Source of the DNA: a bacterium
Lineage (GTDB): Bacteria; J088; JAWLBW01
Reading direction: 5' to 3'
Assembly: GCA_041690355.1 (NCBI GenBank)
Contig: JAWLHK010000003.1
Coordinates: forward strand, 173,428-237,427
Length of the DNA stretch: 64,000 bases
Of the stretch, positions 43,874-53,665 are shown piece after piece. Position 1 is the first letter of the stretch. Every line of letters starts with the position of its first letter. Made by a program: the position numbers and the translations under genes. Under the pieces are notes generated by a model, which saw only the letters and a program-made list of their open reading frames with translations, made no database searches and had not been told where the DNA came from.

Positions 43874-45130
43874 TTACCGATCGCATTCGCCGCCAATCAT
43901 GTTGATCATGCCGAACGTCGGAACGACGTCGGCCATGGTGTGCCCTTCGAGCATGCGGCTCATGCCGCCCATCATGATGAAGGACGGCGGACGGCAGCGC
44001 AGCTTGTACGGCTTTCCTGTGCCGTCGCTGACGAGGTAGAAGCCCAACTCGCCATTGCCCCCCTCGACGGCGAAGTAGACCTCGCCCTTGGGAATCTGGA
44101 TGCCGTGCATGACGAGCTTGAAGTGATTGACCAGCCCTTCGATGGTGTTGTACACCTCGTCTTTGGGCGGGAGCATGAAGCGCGGATCATAGAGATTGAC
44201 CGGACCCTCGGGCATACGGTCGAGGCACTGCTCGATGATACGCACGCTCTGCTCCATCTCAAGCATGCGCACATAGAAACGATCGTAGTTGTCGCCGTGC
44301 TCGCCGAGCGGAACGTCGAAGTCAATCTGGTCGTAGACCAGGTACGGATTCGCCTTGCGCACGTCGTAGTTGATCCCCGAGGCGCGCAGCATCGGCCCGG
44401 TGAACCCGTAGCTGATCGCTTCGTCGGCCTGCATGACGCCTACGCCACGCATCCGATCGAAATAGATGCGGTTTTTCGCCAGCAGCTTCTGGCCCTCGAC
44501 CAGAACTTCACGAACCTTGACGAGCGCCGCGCGGCACTGCGCTTCGAATCCTTCGGGCAGGTCGCGCGAGAGGCCCCCGATGCGGCAGTAGCTGACCGTC
44601 AGGCGCGCGCCCGAAAGAGCTTCGTGCAGCTCCCACACGTATTCGCGCGCCTTGATGAAGTAAAGAAACGCCGACATGGCGCCCAGTTCCATCGCTGACG
44701 CGCCGATGCAGGTCAGGTGATCGGAGAGGCGACTGATTTCGGAGATGAGCACCCGGATCCACTGGCAGCGTTCGGTAACCTCGACGCCGAGCGCCTTTTC
44801 GACCACGCCGGCATAGGCGACGTTGTTGATCATCGGGCTCAGGTAGTTCAGCCGGTCCACGTAGGGAAAACACTTGAAGTACGAGCCGGCCTCACATTCC
44901 TTTTCGAAGCCGCGATGCAGGTACCCGACGTGCACATCGCTGCGCACGATCGTCTCGCCCGAGAGTTCGAGCACCATCTTGATGGTGCCATGCATGGCCG
45001 GATGGCTCGGGCCGACGTTGAGAATCATGTTCTCGCTGCGCAGCTCGCGTTCTTCTTCGAACCCCGGCTCGGCCGGAAGCGAAGGCTCGGCCGGCAGGCG
45101 TGCCTTGTCGACGGACTGGGGAGAACTCAT
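43874..45130 (-). CDS. nuoD: NADH-quinone oxidoreductase subunit D
   Basis: GPSHPAMHG, GYLHRGFEK, ends GECDR. Confidence 0.97.
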   Translation of the reverse strand: MSSPQSVDKARLPAEPSLPAEPGFEEERELRSENMILNVGPSHPAMHGTIKMVLELSGETIVRSDVHVGYLHRGFEKECEAGSYFKCFPYVDRLNYLSPMINNVAYAGVVEKALGVEVTERCQWIRVLISEISRLSDHLTCIGASAMELGAMSAFLYFIKAREYVWELHEALSGARLTVSYCRIGGLSRDLPEGFEAQCRAALVKVREVLVEGQKLLAKNRIYFDRMRGVGVMQADEAISYGFTGPMLRASGINYDVRKANPYLVYDQIDFDVPLGEHGDNYDRFYVRMLEMEQSVRIIEQCLDRMPEGPVNLYDPRFMLPPKDEVYNTIEGLVNHFKLVMHGIQIPKGEVYFAVEGGNGELGFYLVSDGTGKPYKLRCRPPSFIMMGGMSRMLEGHTMADVVPTFGMINMIGGECDR

Positions 45131-45642
45131 TGCTCTTCCTCCTCGCGGGGCCGCATGGCGATCAGCGGCTGCTCACGCGTGTAGGGATAATCCTTGCGCA
45201 GGGGGTGCCCTTCGAATTCGTCATAGAGAAGAATCCGGCGCATGTCGGGGTGCCCCTCGAGCACGACGCCGTACATGTCGTAAATTTCGCGCTCCATGAA
45301 GTTGGCGGCCTTCCAGAGTCCGTACAGCGACGAAAAACGGGCGTCGTTCTCGGGCGCACGGGCCTTGATACGCACGCGCAGGTTGCGCGACAGCGAATAC
45401 AGATGCGCGACGAACTCGAAGCGCCCCTCGCCGGGGAAAACGTCGTCGCCGGGTGTCATGTAGAGGTGGTCGACGACCGTCTCGTCCATGAGCATCTCGA
45501 AACCGAGCTCGCTCTTCAGAAAGCCGGCGACCGCCAGCAGGGCGTCGCGCTTGACGAGGGCCGTATCGTCCCCCGCAAACGAGTGGGTGAACAGAATGTC
45601 GTCTCCGAACCGCGCACGAAGGCGTTCAAGCGTATCGGCCAT
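45127..45642 (-). CDS. nuoC: NADH-quinone oxidoreductase subunit C
   Basis: EREIYDMYG..GHPDMRRIL..GHPLRKDYP; start placed at MADTLE. Confidence 0.95.
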   Translation of the reverse strand: MADTLERLRARFGDDILFTHSFAGDDTALVKRDALLAVAGFLKSELGFEMLMDETVVDHLYMTPGDDVFPGEGRFEFVAHLYSLSRNLRVRIKARAPENDARFSSLYGLWKAANFMEREIYDMYGVVLEGHPDMRRILLYDEFEGHPLRKDYPYTREQPLIAMRPREEEEQ

Positions 45643-45647
45643 GATTC

Positions 45648-46160
45648 TCAAATCTTCTGGGGCTGTCTCTGAATTTTTTCCTGAAGCATCAGCAGCGCGT
45701 CAAGCACGGTCTCAGGACGCGGCGGGCATCCGGGGATGTAGACGTCGACGGGAATGATCTTGTCGATCCCCTGCACGACCGAGTAGTTACGGTAGAAGCC
45801 GCCCGAAGTCGCGCAGGCGCCGAACGAAATCACCCACTTCGGCTCGCACATCTGTTCGTAGATTCGCTGCAGAATCGGAGCCTGCTTGTGCACGATCGTG
45901 CCCACGACCATGAGCAGGTCGGCCTGGCGCGGCGAAAAACGCGGCAGCGCGGCGCCGAAGCGATCAGTATCGTAATGGCCGCTGCTGGTCGCCATGTACT
46001 CCATGCCGCAGCAGGCGGTCACGAAGGGGTAGTTGAACAGCGAATACTTGCGCGCCCAGCCGATCGCCGCATCGAGCTTGGTCGTGACCGCAACCGCTTC
46101 CTGGCCGGGCCGCACCGCGCCGGCGCCCGGCACCTGCGGCGTCGTGGAATTCAAATCCAT
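45648..46160 (-). CDS. nuoB: NADH-quinone oxidoreductase subunit B
   Basis: TACCGME, SPRQAD, GACA, VYIPGCPPRPE; start placed at MDLNST. Confidence 0.96.
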   Translation of the reverse strand: MDLNSTTPQVPGAGAVRPGQEAVAVTTKLDAAIGWARKYSLFNYPFVTACCGMEYMATSSGHYDTDRFGAALPRFSPRQADLLMVVGTIVHKQAPILQRIYEQMCEPKWVISFGACATSGGFYRNYSVVQGIDKIIPVDVYIPGCPPRPETVLDALLMLQEKIQRQPQKI

Positions 46161-46507
46161 TCCAGCGCTCCTTTTTTCCACTCGTAGACCAGCCCCGCGG
46201 TCAGCACGAAAAGAAACAGCGAAGCGGCCAGAAAGCCGAGCATGCCGAGTTCGCGGTAGTGCACCGCCCAGGGATAGAGAAAGACGACTTCGATGTCGAA
46301 CATGATGAACAGCGCAGCAATCAGGTAGAACTTGACATGCATGCGCCGTTTGACCGGCGTCAGCGGCTCAGACCCCGTTTCGAACGGCTCGAGCTTGACC
46401 TTGGTCAGCACTTTCGGGCCGAGGTAGGAAACGAGTCCGATCATCGCGAACGCAAGCGCCAGAACGATGACGAAGACCAGCAGGATGGCAATGTAGGGAT
46501 TGATCAT
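46151..46507 (-). CDS. nuoA: NADH-quinone oxidoreductase subunit A
   Basis: PFETG, FIMFDIEVVFLYPWA, YEWKKGALEW. Confidence 0.96.
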   Translation of the reverse strand: MINPYIAILLVFVIVLALAFAMIGLVSYLGPKVLTKVKLEPFETGSEPLTPVKRRMHVKFYLIAALFIMFDIEVVFLYPWAVHYRELGMLGFLAASLFLFVLTAGLVYEWKKGALEWI

Positions 46508-46736
46508 ACCGGGCTACCGAGGGCGGCTAAAGAAGAATAGAACATGATGCCTGCGGCTCTGAAGAGTGTCAAGCGCGACCCCCTCGGCGGCCGCTGCAGC
46601 GCGAGACGGGAGACCGTCGCGCCGGCTTCGGGGCGCGCCGGCGGGCCGTGCCGCAGGGGGCCTTGAAAGCTAACCCCTTGGAATATTGACGAAAGGTAGA
46701 CATGCGACTAGAATAATGTGGCAATTTGCAGGCGAA

Positions 46737-47126
46737 ATGCTGGAACACGACGGACGGTTTCTTGTAGTCGGCATCGGAAGACACCGGTTTGCGCTGCCGA
46801 TGGGCCGCGTCGCCGGCGTCGCGGTGCTCGATCCGGGCACGGCGCACGCGGCCGAACGCGAGGGCGCGTTCGAGTGGCAAGGCGACCGGTGGCCCGTTTG
46901 GTCGCCGCCGGGTATCGATTCGCAGCCGGCCGCCGGCGCGAGCATGGTGCTTCTCGATGCGCCGCGTCTGGCGATGGTGTGCGATGCCTGGTCGTCGATT
47001 CGGCAGCCCGCCGCGTTGTTGCGGGTGCCCGATGCCCTGGCGCGCATTCACCCGTGCGTTCGCGAGGCGTTTCTGCACGAAGGCGATCTCGTCTTCTGCC
47101 TTCGACCGCAGGCGATGCGCGCATGA
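46737..47126 (+). CDS. Divergent CheW-like protein
   Basis: FLVVGIGRHRFALPMGRVAGV...FEWQGDRWPV...LAMVCD follows the CheW beta-strand pattern; start uncertain. Confidence 0.55.
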   Translation: MLEHDGRFLVVGIGRHRFALPMGRVAGVAVLDPGTAHAAEREGAFEWQGDRWPVWSPPGIDSQPAAGASMVLLDAPRLAMVCDAWSSIRQPAALLRVPDALARIHPCVREAFLHEGDLVFCLRPQAMRA

Positions 47127-47500
47127 ACGTGCTGGCGCTCGACGCGGGAGAAACCTGGGTGATACCGCTCGACCGGGTCGTGCGGATCACCGACGACGAG
47201 GGGCTGCATGACTTTTCGCTGCCTGTTCCCGGGCTTGAAGGGCTCCTGCCGGCAGCCGACGGCCTGATCGCCGTCTGGATGCCGCAGGAATTCACACGGA
47301 GCGGCAGGGTTGTCATCCTGCTGCGGGGCGGAACGGAAGAACTTGGGCTGCGCGTCTCTCTGGTACTGGGAGTGCAGAAGACCGCAGCCGCCGGTGCCGC
47401 ACACGGAGAGCCGGTCGTACTGGAAGACGGCCGGCACGGCCGATGGTTTGATACAGACGTATTGGAGCGCCGGCTTGCCGGAATGCTTCCGGAGGAATGA
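47123..47500 (+). CDS. Second divergent CheW-like protein
   Basis: MNVLALD..WVIPLDRVVRI...LEGLL...LGLRVSLVLGV; ATGA overlap upstream and abuts the regulator start. Confidence 0.55.
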   Translation: MNVLALDAGETWVIPLDRVVRITDDEGLHDFSLPVPGLEGLLPAADGLIAVWMPQEFTRSGRVVILLRGGTEELGLRVSLVLGVQKTAAAGAAHGEPVVLEDGRHGRWFDTDVLERRLAGMLPEE

Positions 47501-49231
47501 ATGCCGAAGAAAATCCTGCTCGCCGATGACAGCATCACCATTCAGAAGGTCATCGGGCTCACCTTCGCGAACGAAGACTTCGAGTTGACCGTCGTCGACA
47601 ACGGCGACGACTGTGTCGCCAAAGCGCGCGAGGTCATTCCCGATCTGATCATCGCCGACGTCGTCATGCCGGGAAAAGACGGCTACGAAGTCTGCTATAC
47701 CGTCAAGAACACCCCGGAGCTCAAGCACATTCCGGTACTGCTGCTGACCGGCACCTTCGAGACGTTCGACGAAGACATGGCCACTCGCGTCGGCGCCGAG
47801 GGGCATATCACGAAACCCTTCGAGAGCCAGTCGCTCATCGATAAGGTGAACGAGCTCATTGTTGCCGCCGAGGCGAGCGCGGCCGGCACCGCCGACTCCT
47901 TCGACGATGCGCCGGCCGAAACACTCGTCGCCGATGACGCTGGCCTCGATCCGGTCGAACCCGTGGAGCCGATGGAAGAGCTCGAGCCTGTCGATGCCAT
48001 CGAGCCGCTAGACACGCTGGAGCCCATGGAGCCCATGGAGTCCATGGAGCCGGTCGAGCCGGTAGAAGACTTCTCGCACGTCTCCTCCGACCCTGAAGAA
48101 ACCAGCTTTGCCGATGTCAGCCTCGACGACGCGCCGGCAGAACCGGTGGCGATCGACGAGCCCCTCGAAGAGCCTGAGGCCGTCTCGCCCGAGCCCTCTC
48201 CCTTCGACGAGCCGGTGCCCGAACCGTTTGACGAACCCATGGGCGAAGCCTTCGATGAGCCGGAGCCCCAGTCTTTCGACGCGGCAGACGAGGACGCGGC
48301 CGAAGCGGCGACGCCTCCTGCAGCCTCGGCGGCAGGCGACTGGAACGTCAACGACTTCAACGATTTCATGGCCGGCAGCAACGGCCCGGCGGCGGTCGCG
48401 GCCCCGGCCGATGCCGAGGACCTGCCTGCGCCGGTGCAGGAAGAATCGTTCGCGATGGACGACGATCTTCCCGCGTCGGCCGAGCCCGAAGCGCTCCCGG
48501 AAACGCTCGAAGAGGACCCCCAGGAAATGGAGCCGACGGCTGACGATTTGCCGATGCCGCTCGACGCCGACGCCGGGTCTGACCTCCCGGTACCTCTCTC
48601 AGCCGACGACGACCTCCCGGTCGCCATGGAAGAGGTCGAGGAGCTCTCAACCGAGAGCACCGACTTTGACGATCTGCCCGCACCGCTCGACGAACCGGCC
48701 CTCGATCTCGCACAGCCGGCTGAGCCGGAGGCTGAAGAGCTGATGGAAGAGAGCGCAGCCGACGACCCGACCGAATTGATGTCGGCCGGAGAACCCGCGT
48801 CCGGGAGCAGCGACTGGGACAGCGCGCCTGCGGATGAGGAACTCGGCGGCACCCCCGCCGACGTCGACACCCTCTACGGGCTCGATGACGACATGGCCGC
48901 AGAACCGCCCGCCGAACCCGCTCCGCCGGCTTCGGTCGCGGTGCAGCCGGCCGGTGTCTCCACGGTCTCGATGGCCGAGGTCGAGAAGCTGCTCGAGGCG
49001 CGCCTCAACCGCTTCGCCGAGGACCTCGATTCGCGCCTGCGCACGCTGCTGGCTGACGAATCGCTGCTCCAGCCCGCCGCGGCCAAGACGGTCGAGGCCA
49101 TCGAGCACCGGCTTGCCAGCGCCGTTCAGAAGGCGGCGCCCGAGATGGTTGAACGCGTCGTCTCCCAGGCGCTGACCGGCACGATGGAACGTGTGCTCAC
49201 CGAGCTGCTCGGCAAAGTACGCAACGGCTGA
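47501..49231 (+). CDS. romR: RomR-like response regulator: receiver domain, long acidic/Pro-rich linker, helical C-terminus
   Basis: Receiver MPKKILLADDSITIQKVIGLTF..DVVMPGKDGYEVC..LLTGTFETFDE..KPFESQ closely resembles Myxococcus RomR as recalled; lies next to valS. Confidence 0.75.
   Translation: MPKKILLADDSITIQKVIGLTFANEDFELTVVDNGDDCVAKAREVIPDLIIADVVMPGKDGYEVCYTVKNTPELKHIPVLLLTGTFETFDEDMATRVGAEGHITKPFESQSLIDKVNELIVAAEASAAGTADSFDDAPAETLVADDAGLDPVEPVEPMEELEPVDAIEPLDTLEPMEPMESMEPVEPVEDFSHVSSDPEETSFADVSLDDAPAEPVAIDEPLEEPEAVSPEPSPFDEPVPEPFDEPMGEAFDEPEPQSFDAADEDAAEAATPPAASAAGDWNVNDFNDFMAGSNGPAAVAAPADAEDLPAPVQEESFAMDDDLPASAEPEALPETLEEDPQEMEPTADDLPMPLDADAGSDLPVPLSADDDLPVAMEEVEELSTESTDFDDLPAPLDEPALDLAQPAEPEAEELMEESAADDPTELMSAGEPASGSSDWDSAPADEELGGTPADVDTLYGLDDDMAAEPPAEPAPPASVAVQPAGVSTVSMAEVEKLLEARLNRFAEDLDSRLRTLLADESLLQPAAAKTVEAIEHRLASAVQKAAPEMVERVVSQALTGTMERVLTELLGKVRNG
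47950..48066 (+). repeat. 9-nt-period repeats encoding EPM/EPV in the RomR-like linker
   Basis: GAGCCCATGGAGCCCATGGAGTCCATGGAGCCGGTCGAGCCG. Confidence 0.7.
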
Positions 49232-49311
49232 GCCCCGGCGACCGGACTTCAGGCGGGGACGAACATCCGTCCCCGCCTCTCTATTTTTTTCTTCGCACTA
49301 CGGAAGCAGCG

Positions 49312-52041
49312 ATGCAGAGAAAGCTCGGCGATCTTGCCGGGGCCTACGAGCCCGGCTCCTTTGAACCGCAGTGGGCCGATGAATGGGCCGCCGGCGACCT
49401 GTTCCGGGCCGACCCCGAGGCACAGGGCGAACCCTTCAGTATCGTGATTCCTCCGCCTAACGTGACGGGAGTCCTGCACATCGGCCACGCGCTGAACAAC
49501 ACGCTGCAGGACGTCATGGTGCGGTATCACCGGATGCGCGGCGACAACGTGCTCTGGGTGCCCGGGATGGACCACGCCGGCATTGCGACCCAGAACGTGG
49601 TCGAGCGGCAGCTGGCCGCCGGCAACGTCACGAAAGAGTCGCTCGGGCGCGACGCTTTTCTCGAACGGGTCTGGCAGTGGAAGGAAGAAAGCGGCGGCGC
49701 CATCATCCGCCAGCTCAAGCGCCTCGGCGCCAGCTGCGACTGGTCGCGCGAGCGCTTCACGATGGACGAAGGGCTTTCGCGCGCGGTGCGCCGCGTGTTC
49801 GTCGAGCTGTACCGCGACGGGCTCATCTACCGCGGCACCCGGCTCATCAACTGGTGTCCGCGCTGCCTCACGGCCCTGAGCGACATCGAAGTCGAGCACG
49901 AAGACAGCGCGGGCAAGCTCTATCACCTGCGCTATCCGCTGGCCAACGGCGAGGGCGCGGTGAGCGTCGCGACCACCCGTCCCGAAACGCTCTTCGGTGA
50001 TTCGGCGGTGGCCGTGCATCCGGACGACGAGCGCTATACCCGGCTCATCGGGCGTGAAGTCGTGTTGCCGCTGACGGGCCGTTCGATTCCCGTCATCGCC
50101 GACACCTACGTCGACATGAATTTCGGCAGCGGCGTCGTCAAGATCACGCCCGCGCACGACTTCAACGACTACGATGTCGGCGCCCGCCACAACCTGGCTC
50201 GGCGCAACGTGCTGACGGCCGAGGCGCGCATGGCGCTCGACGCCGCGACGGTGCCGGACGCCGACGTGCGCGCCCGGTATGACGGACTCGAGCGCTACGC
50301 CGCGCGCCAGCAGCTCATCGCCGACCTTGAAGCGGCCGGCCTGCTCGAAAAAATCGAAGACCACGCCCATGCCGTCGGGCAGTGCTACCGCTGCAAGACG
50401 AACGTTGAGCCGTTTCTGTCGCCCCAGTGGTTCGTGAAGGTCGGCCCGCCCGAAGAAGCCGGCTCGCTGGCTGGCCGCGCCATCCGCGCCGTGCGCGAGG
50501 GCCAGACGCGCATCGTGCCCGAGCAGTGGAAAAACTCCTACTACGCCTGGATGGAGAATATCAAGGACTGGTGTATCTCGCGCCAGCTCTGGTGGGGCCA
50601 TCGCATTCCCGCCTACCGCTGCGTGGATTGCAACCGCCAGGCCGGATCTGACGATCCGCAGACCGGCGATCCGGAACGCAGGCTGGCCTCCGAGGCGCCC
50701 CTCTCGGCCTGCCCCTACTGCGGCGGCGGCGTCGCTGAGGACCCGGACGTGCTCGACACCTGGTTTTCGAGCGCCCTCTGGCCGTTCACGACCATGGGCT
50801 GGCCCGGCAGCACGCCCGAACTGGCGAAGTACTACCCGACGAGCCTGCTGGTGACGGGGTTCGACATTCTCTTCTTCTGGGTTGCCCGCATGATGATGAT
50901 GGGCCTTCACTTCCAGAAAGAGGTCCCCTTCCGCGACGTGTATATCCATGCGCTCGTCCGCGATGCCGAAGGGCAGAAGATGAGCAAGAGCAAAGGCAAC
51001 GTCATCGATCCGCTGTCCATGATCGAAAAGTACGGAGCCGATCCGCTGCGCTTCACGCTCACCGCCATGGCGGCGCAGGGGCGCGACATCAAGCTCTCGC
51101 CGGAGCGGATTGAGGGATACAAGGCGTTCGCCAACAAGCTGTGGAACGCGACGAAATTCGCCCTGCAGCATGTTCAGGCCGGGAGCGGCGACACCGCCCC
51201 CGCCGGGCCGGCCGTCGCCGATCGGTGGATTCTGAGCCGGCTCGACCGGGCGGCCGAAGACGTCCGTCGCGCGCTCGACGAGTACCGCTTCAATGATGCC
51301 GCCGCACGCGCCTATCAGTTCATCTGGAACGAACTCTGCGACTGGTACCTCGAACTCTCGAAGCCGGTACTCTACGGCGACGACGAGGCGGCCAAGGCGC
51401 GCACCCGCGCGACCCTGACCGAGGTTTTCGACACCACCTATCGCCTGCTGCACCCCTTCATGCCGTTTCTCACCGAAGAACTCTGGCATCACCTGCCGGG
51501 CGATCGCGGCGGCTCGCTGGCCCGGGCCGCCTACCCCGCGCCCGATGCGGGGCGCCGCGACGCGCCGGCCGAAGAGGCCATGGAGACGGTCCTCGACATC
51601 ATCAAGGCGGTACGTAACATCCGAGGCGAAAACAACCTGAGCCCGGGCGCGCGCCTGGACGTGCGTCTGCACTTCCGCCAACCCGAGCGGCGCGCGGTCG
51701 TGGAGTCGAACCGGAAACTGTTGACCGACCTGGGGCGCATCGAGTCTCTCGATCTCGACGCCGGCGAAGTGGTTCCCAAAGCGGCCAAGGCGGTGACCGC
51801 GGGCATTGACGTCTTCGTACCCCTGGCCGGTCTCATCGACATCGATGAAGAAATCAAGCGCCTCGAAAAGGAACTCGGCAAGGTGGCGGCCGAGGCAGAA
51901 AAAGTGTCGCGCAAGCTGACGAACCCGGAGTTCATCAACAAAGCGCCCGAGGCGGTGGTCGCCAAGGAAAAAGCGCGGCTTCAGGAGCTCGAAGAAAAAG
52001 GGGCCCGGCTGCGCCAGGGCCTCGAGACGCTGCGCGCATGA
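49312..52041 (+). CDS. valS: Valine-tRNA ligase
   Basis: PPPNVTGVLHIGH, WCISRQLWWGH, KMSKS, C-terminal coiled coil. Confidence 0.98.
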   Translation: MQRKLGDLAGAYEPGSFEPQWADEWAAGDLFRADPEAQGEPFSIVIPPPNVTGVLHIGHALNNTLQDVMVRYHRMRGDNVLWVPGMDHAGIATQNVVERQLAAGNVTKESLGRDAFLERVWQWKEESGGAIIRQLKRLGASCDWSRERFTMDEGLSRAVRRVFVELYRDGLIYRGTRLINWCPRCLTALSDIEVEHEDSAGKLYHLRYPLANGEGAVSVATTRPETLFGDSAVAVHPDDERYTRLIGREVVLPLTGRSIPVIADTYVDMNFGSGVVKITPAHDFNDYDVGARHNLARRNVLTAEARMALDAATVPDADVRARYDGLERYAARQQLIADLEAAGLLEKIEDHAHAVGQCYRCKTNVEPFLSPQWFVKVGPPEEAGSLAGRAIRAVREGQTRIVPEQWKNSYYAWMENIKDWCISRQLWWGHRIPAYRCVDCNRQAGSDDPQTGDPERRLASEAPLSACPYCGGGVAEDPDVLDTWFSSALWPFTTMGWPGSTPELAKYYPTSLLVTGFDILFFWVARMMMMGLHFQKEVPFRDVYIHALVRDAEGQKMSKSKGNVIDPLSMIEKYGADPLRFTLTAMAAQGRDIKLSPERIEGYKAFANKLWNATKFALQHVQAGSGDTAPAGPAVADRWILSRLDRAAEDVRRALDEYRFNDAAARAYQFIWNELCDWYLELSKPVLYGDDEAAKARTRATLTEVFDTTYRLLHPFMPFLTEELWHHLPGDRGGSLARAAYPAPDAGRRDAPAEEAMETVLDIIKAVRNIRGENNLSPGARLDVRLHFRQPERRAVVESNRKLLTDLGRIESLDLDAGEVVPKAAKAVTAGIDVFVPLAGLIDIDEEIKRLEKELGKVAAEAEKVSRKLTNPEFINKAPEAVVAKEKARLQELEEKGARLRQGLETLRA

Positions 52042-52877
52042 GCTACGACCTCGACGAAACTCTCCGGCGGTGGCTGGCCGAGGACCTCGGGCGCGGCGAC
52101 GTGACCACCCGGGTCAGCCTCGCCGCGGGCGCGCGCGCGCGGGGCACCCTTCTCGCCAAGACTCCGCTCGTCGTGGCCGGCCTCGACATTGCGGCCCGCG
52201 TATTCGCGCTGCTCGATGACCGCATCGTCTTTGAGGCCGCCTGTACAGTTGGCGATCGTCTTGAAGCCGGCACGCCCGTTGCCCGGGTCGAGGGGCCGGC
52301 GGCCCCGCTGCTCGCCGGTGAGCGCCTCGCCCTCAACCTGCTCCAGCACCTGTGCGGTGTCGCCACGCTCACGCGCACATACGTCGACGCGGTCGCTGGC
52401 ACTCGCGCGCGCATCCTCGACACGCGCAAGACCCTCCCCGGCCTGCGCCGTCTCGAAAAAGAGGCGGTGCTCGCCGGCGGCGGAGTCAACCACCGGCATG
52501 GGCTCGACGACGGCATTCTGCTCAAGGACAACCACCTCGCCCTGGGCGGGGGGTTGGAAGAGGCGCTGCGGCGCGCCGTCGAGCGACGTCCGCACGGGCT
52601 GCGCATCGAGGTCGAGGTGTCGTCGCCCGACGAGGCCGAACGAGCACTCGCGGCTGGCGCCGACATGCTGCTGCTCGACAACATGAGCCTCGCCGACCTG
52701 CGCGAAACCGTGCGCCGCGTGGACGGCCGGACGCCGCTGGAAGCGAGCGGCGGCGTCGACCTGACCACCGTGCGCGCGATTGCCGAAACGGGGGTCGACT
52801 TCATCAGCGTCGGCCGGCTCACCCATTCGGCTCCGGCCGCCGACATCAACCTCAAGTTCCACCCCGTGCCGGCCTGA
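52038..52877 (+). CDS. nadC: Nicotinate-nucleotide pyrophosphorylase (QPRTase)
   Basis: DTRKTLPG, NHRHGLDDGILLKDNH, LLDNM, EASGG. Confidence 0.96.
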   Translation: MSYDLDETLRRWLAEDLGRGDVTTRVSLAAGARARGTLLAKTPLVVAGLDIAARVFALLDDRIVFEAACTVGDRLEAGTPVARVEGPAAPLLAGERLALNLLQHLCGVATLTRTYVDAVAGTRARILDTRKTLPGLRRLEKEAVLAGGGVNHRHGLDDGILLKDNHLALGGGLEEALRRAVERRPHGLRIEVEVSSPDEAERALAAGADMLLLDNMSLADLRETVRRVDGRTPLEASGGVDLTTVRAIAETGVDFISVGRLTHSAPAADINLKFHPVPA

Positions 52878-52879
52878 GT

Positions 52880-53665
52880 ATGTCGTCGTCGCTGGATATC
52901 GCGCGCGTACGCGGCCGCATGCAGGCCATGAGCCTGCATGCCTCGCTGGAGTGGCAGTCCGAAGTCGACTCCACCAACACCTGGGCGGCCGCCGAAGCGT
53001 CGGCCGGCGCGCAGCCGTATTCCTGGTTCGTCGCGGGCGCTCAACGCGCCGGCCGCGGACGCCTCGGCAGAACCTGGAGTTCGCCGCCGGAACTCAATCT
53101 GTATGCCTCCTGCGTGCTGCGCCCCGCCGTTCCCCCGGCCCGGGTGGCTCAGACCAGCCTCGTGGTCGCTCTGGCTGTGCGCCGCGCACTTGCGCCGCTG
53201 GTACCCGACGTACAGGTCAAGTGGCCCAATGATCTCCTCGTATCGGGCCGAAAAGTAGCCGGGATCCTCTGCGAAGCCCAGTTTCAGGGCGAGCGGCTCG
53301 GAGCTGTCGTGGCCGGTATCGGCGTCAACGTCGGCGCCCTTCCCGCCGATCTGCCGCCCGAGGTACGCGTCCGGGCGACCAGCCTGCGTGACGCCGGCTC
53401 TGAGGCTACGGTCGAGGACGTGCTGCTGGCCATGGCCGCGGCGCTCGAGACGCTTCTCCCCGCGTTCGAATCGACGGGCTTCGCCCCCCTGCGCGACGAA
53501 TGGAATGCGGCCTGTGCTCTGAGCGGACGGCGCGTGACACTCGCCTTTGCCGATCAGGAGCGCGAAGGCGTGGTGCGCGGCCTGGATGAAGAAGGACTGC
53601 TTCTGCTTGAAACCGCCGGGGGACTCGAACGGATTCTCGCCGGCGAAGTGACGGTGAAGAAATGA
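52880..53665 (+). CDS. birA: Biotin-protein ligase lacking the N-terminal DNA-binding domain (group I)
   Basis: [31 protein letters not shown]; start placed at MSSSLD. Confidence 0.92.
   Translation: MSSSLDIARVRGRMQAMSLHASLEWQSEVDSTNTWAAAEASAGAQPYSWFVAGAQRAGRGRLGRTWSSPPELNLYASCVLRPAVPPARVAQTSLVVALAVRRALAPLVPDVQVKWPNDLLVSGRKVAGILCEAQFQGERLGAVVAGIGVNVGALPADLPPEVRVRATSLRDAGSEATVEDVLLAMAAALETLLPAFESTGFAPLRDEWNAACALSGRRVTLAFADQEREGVVRGLDEEGLLLLETAGGLERILAGEVTVKK

Noticed and set aside
46660-46720. AT-rich IHF-like site in the divergent nuoA / cheW-like promoter region
   Set aside because: Only a partial match to WATCAANNNNTTR; not distinguishable from ordinary promoter sequence
49249-51681. 810-aa minus-strand ORF
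   Set aside because: Antisense shadow of valS
52352-52879. Possible N-terminal regulatory domain on BirA
   Set aside because: Overlaps nadC in another frame and has no HTH; real start is 52880
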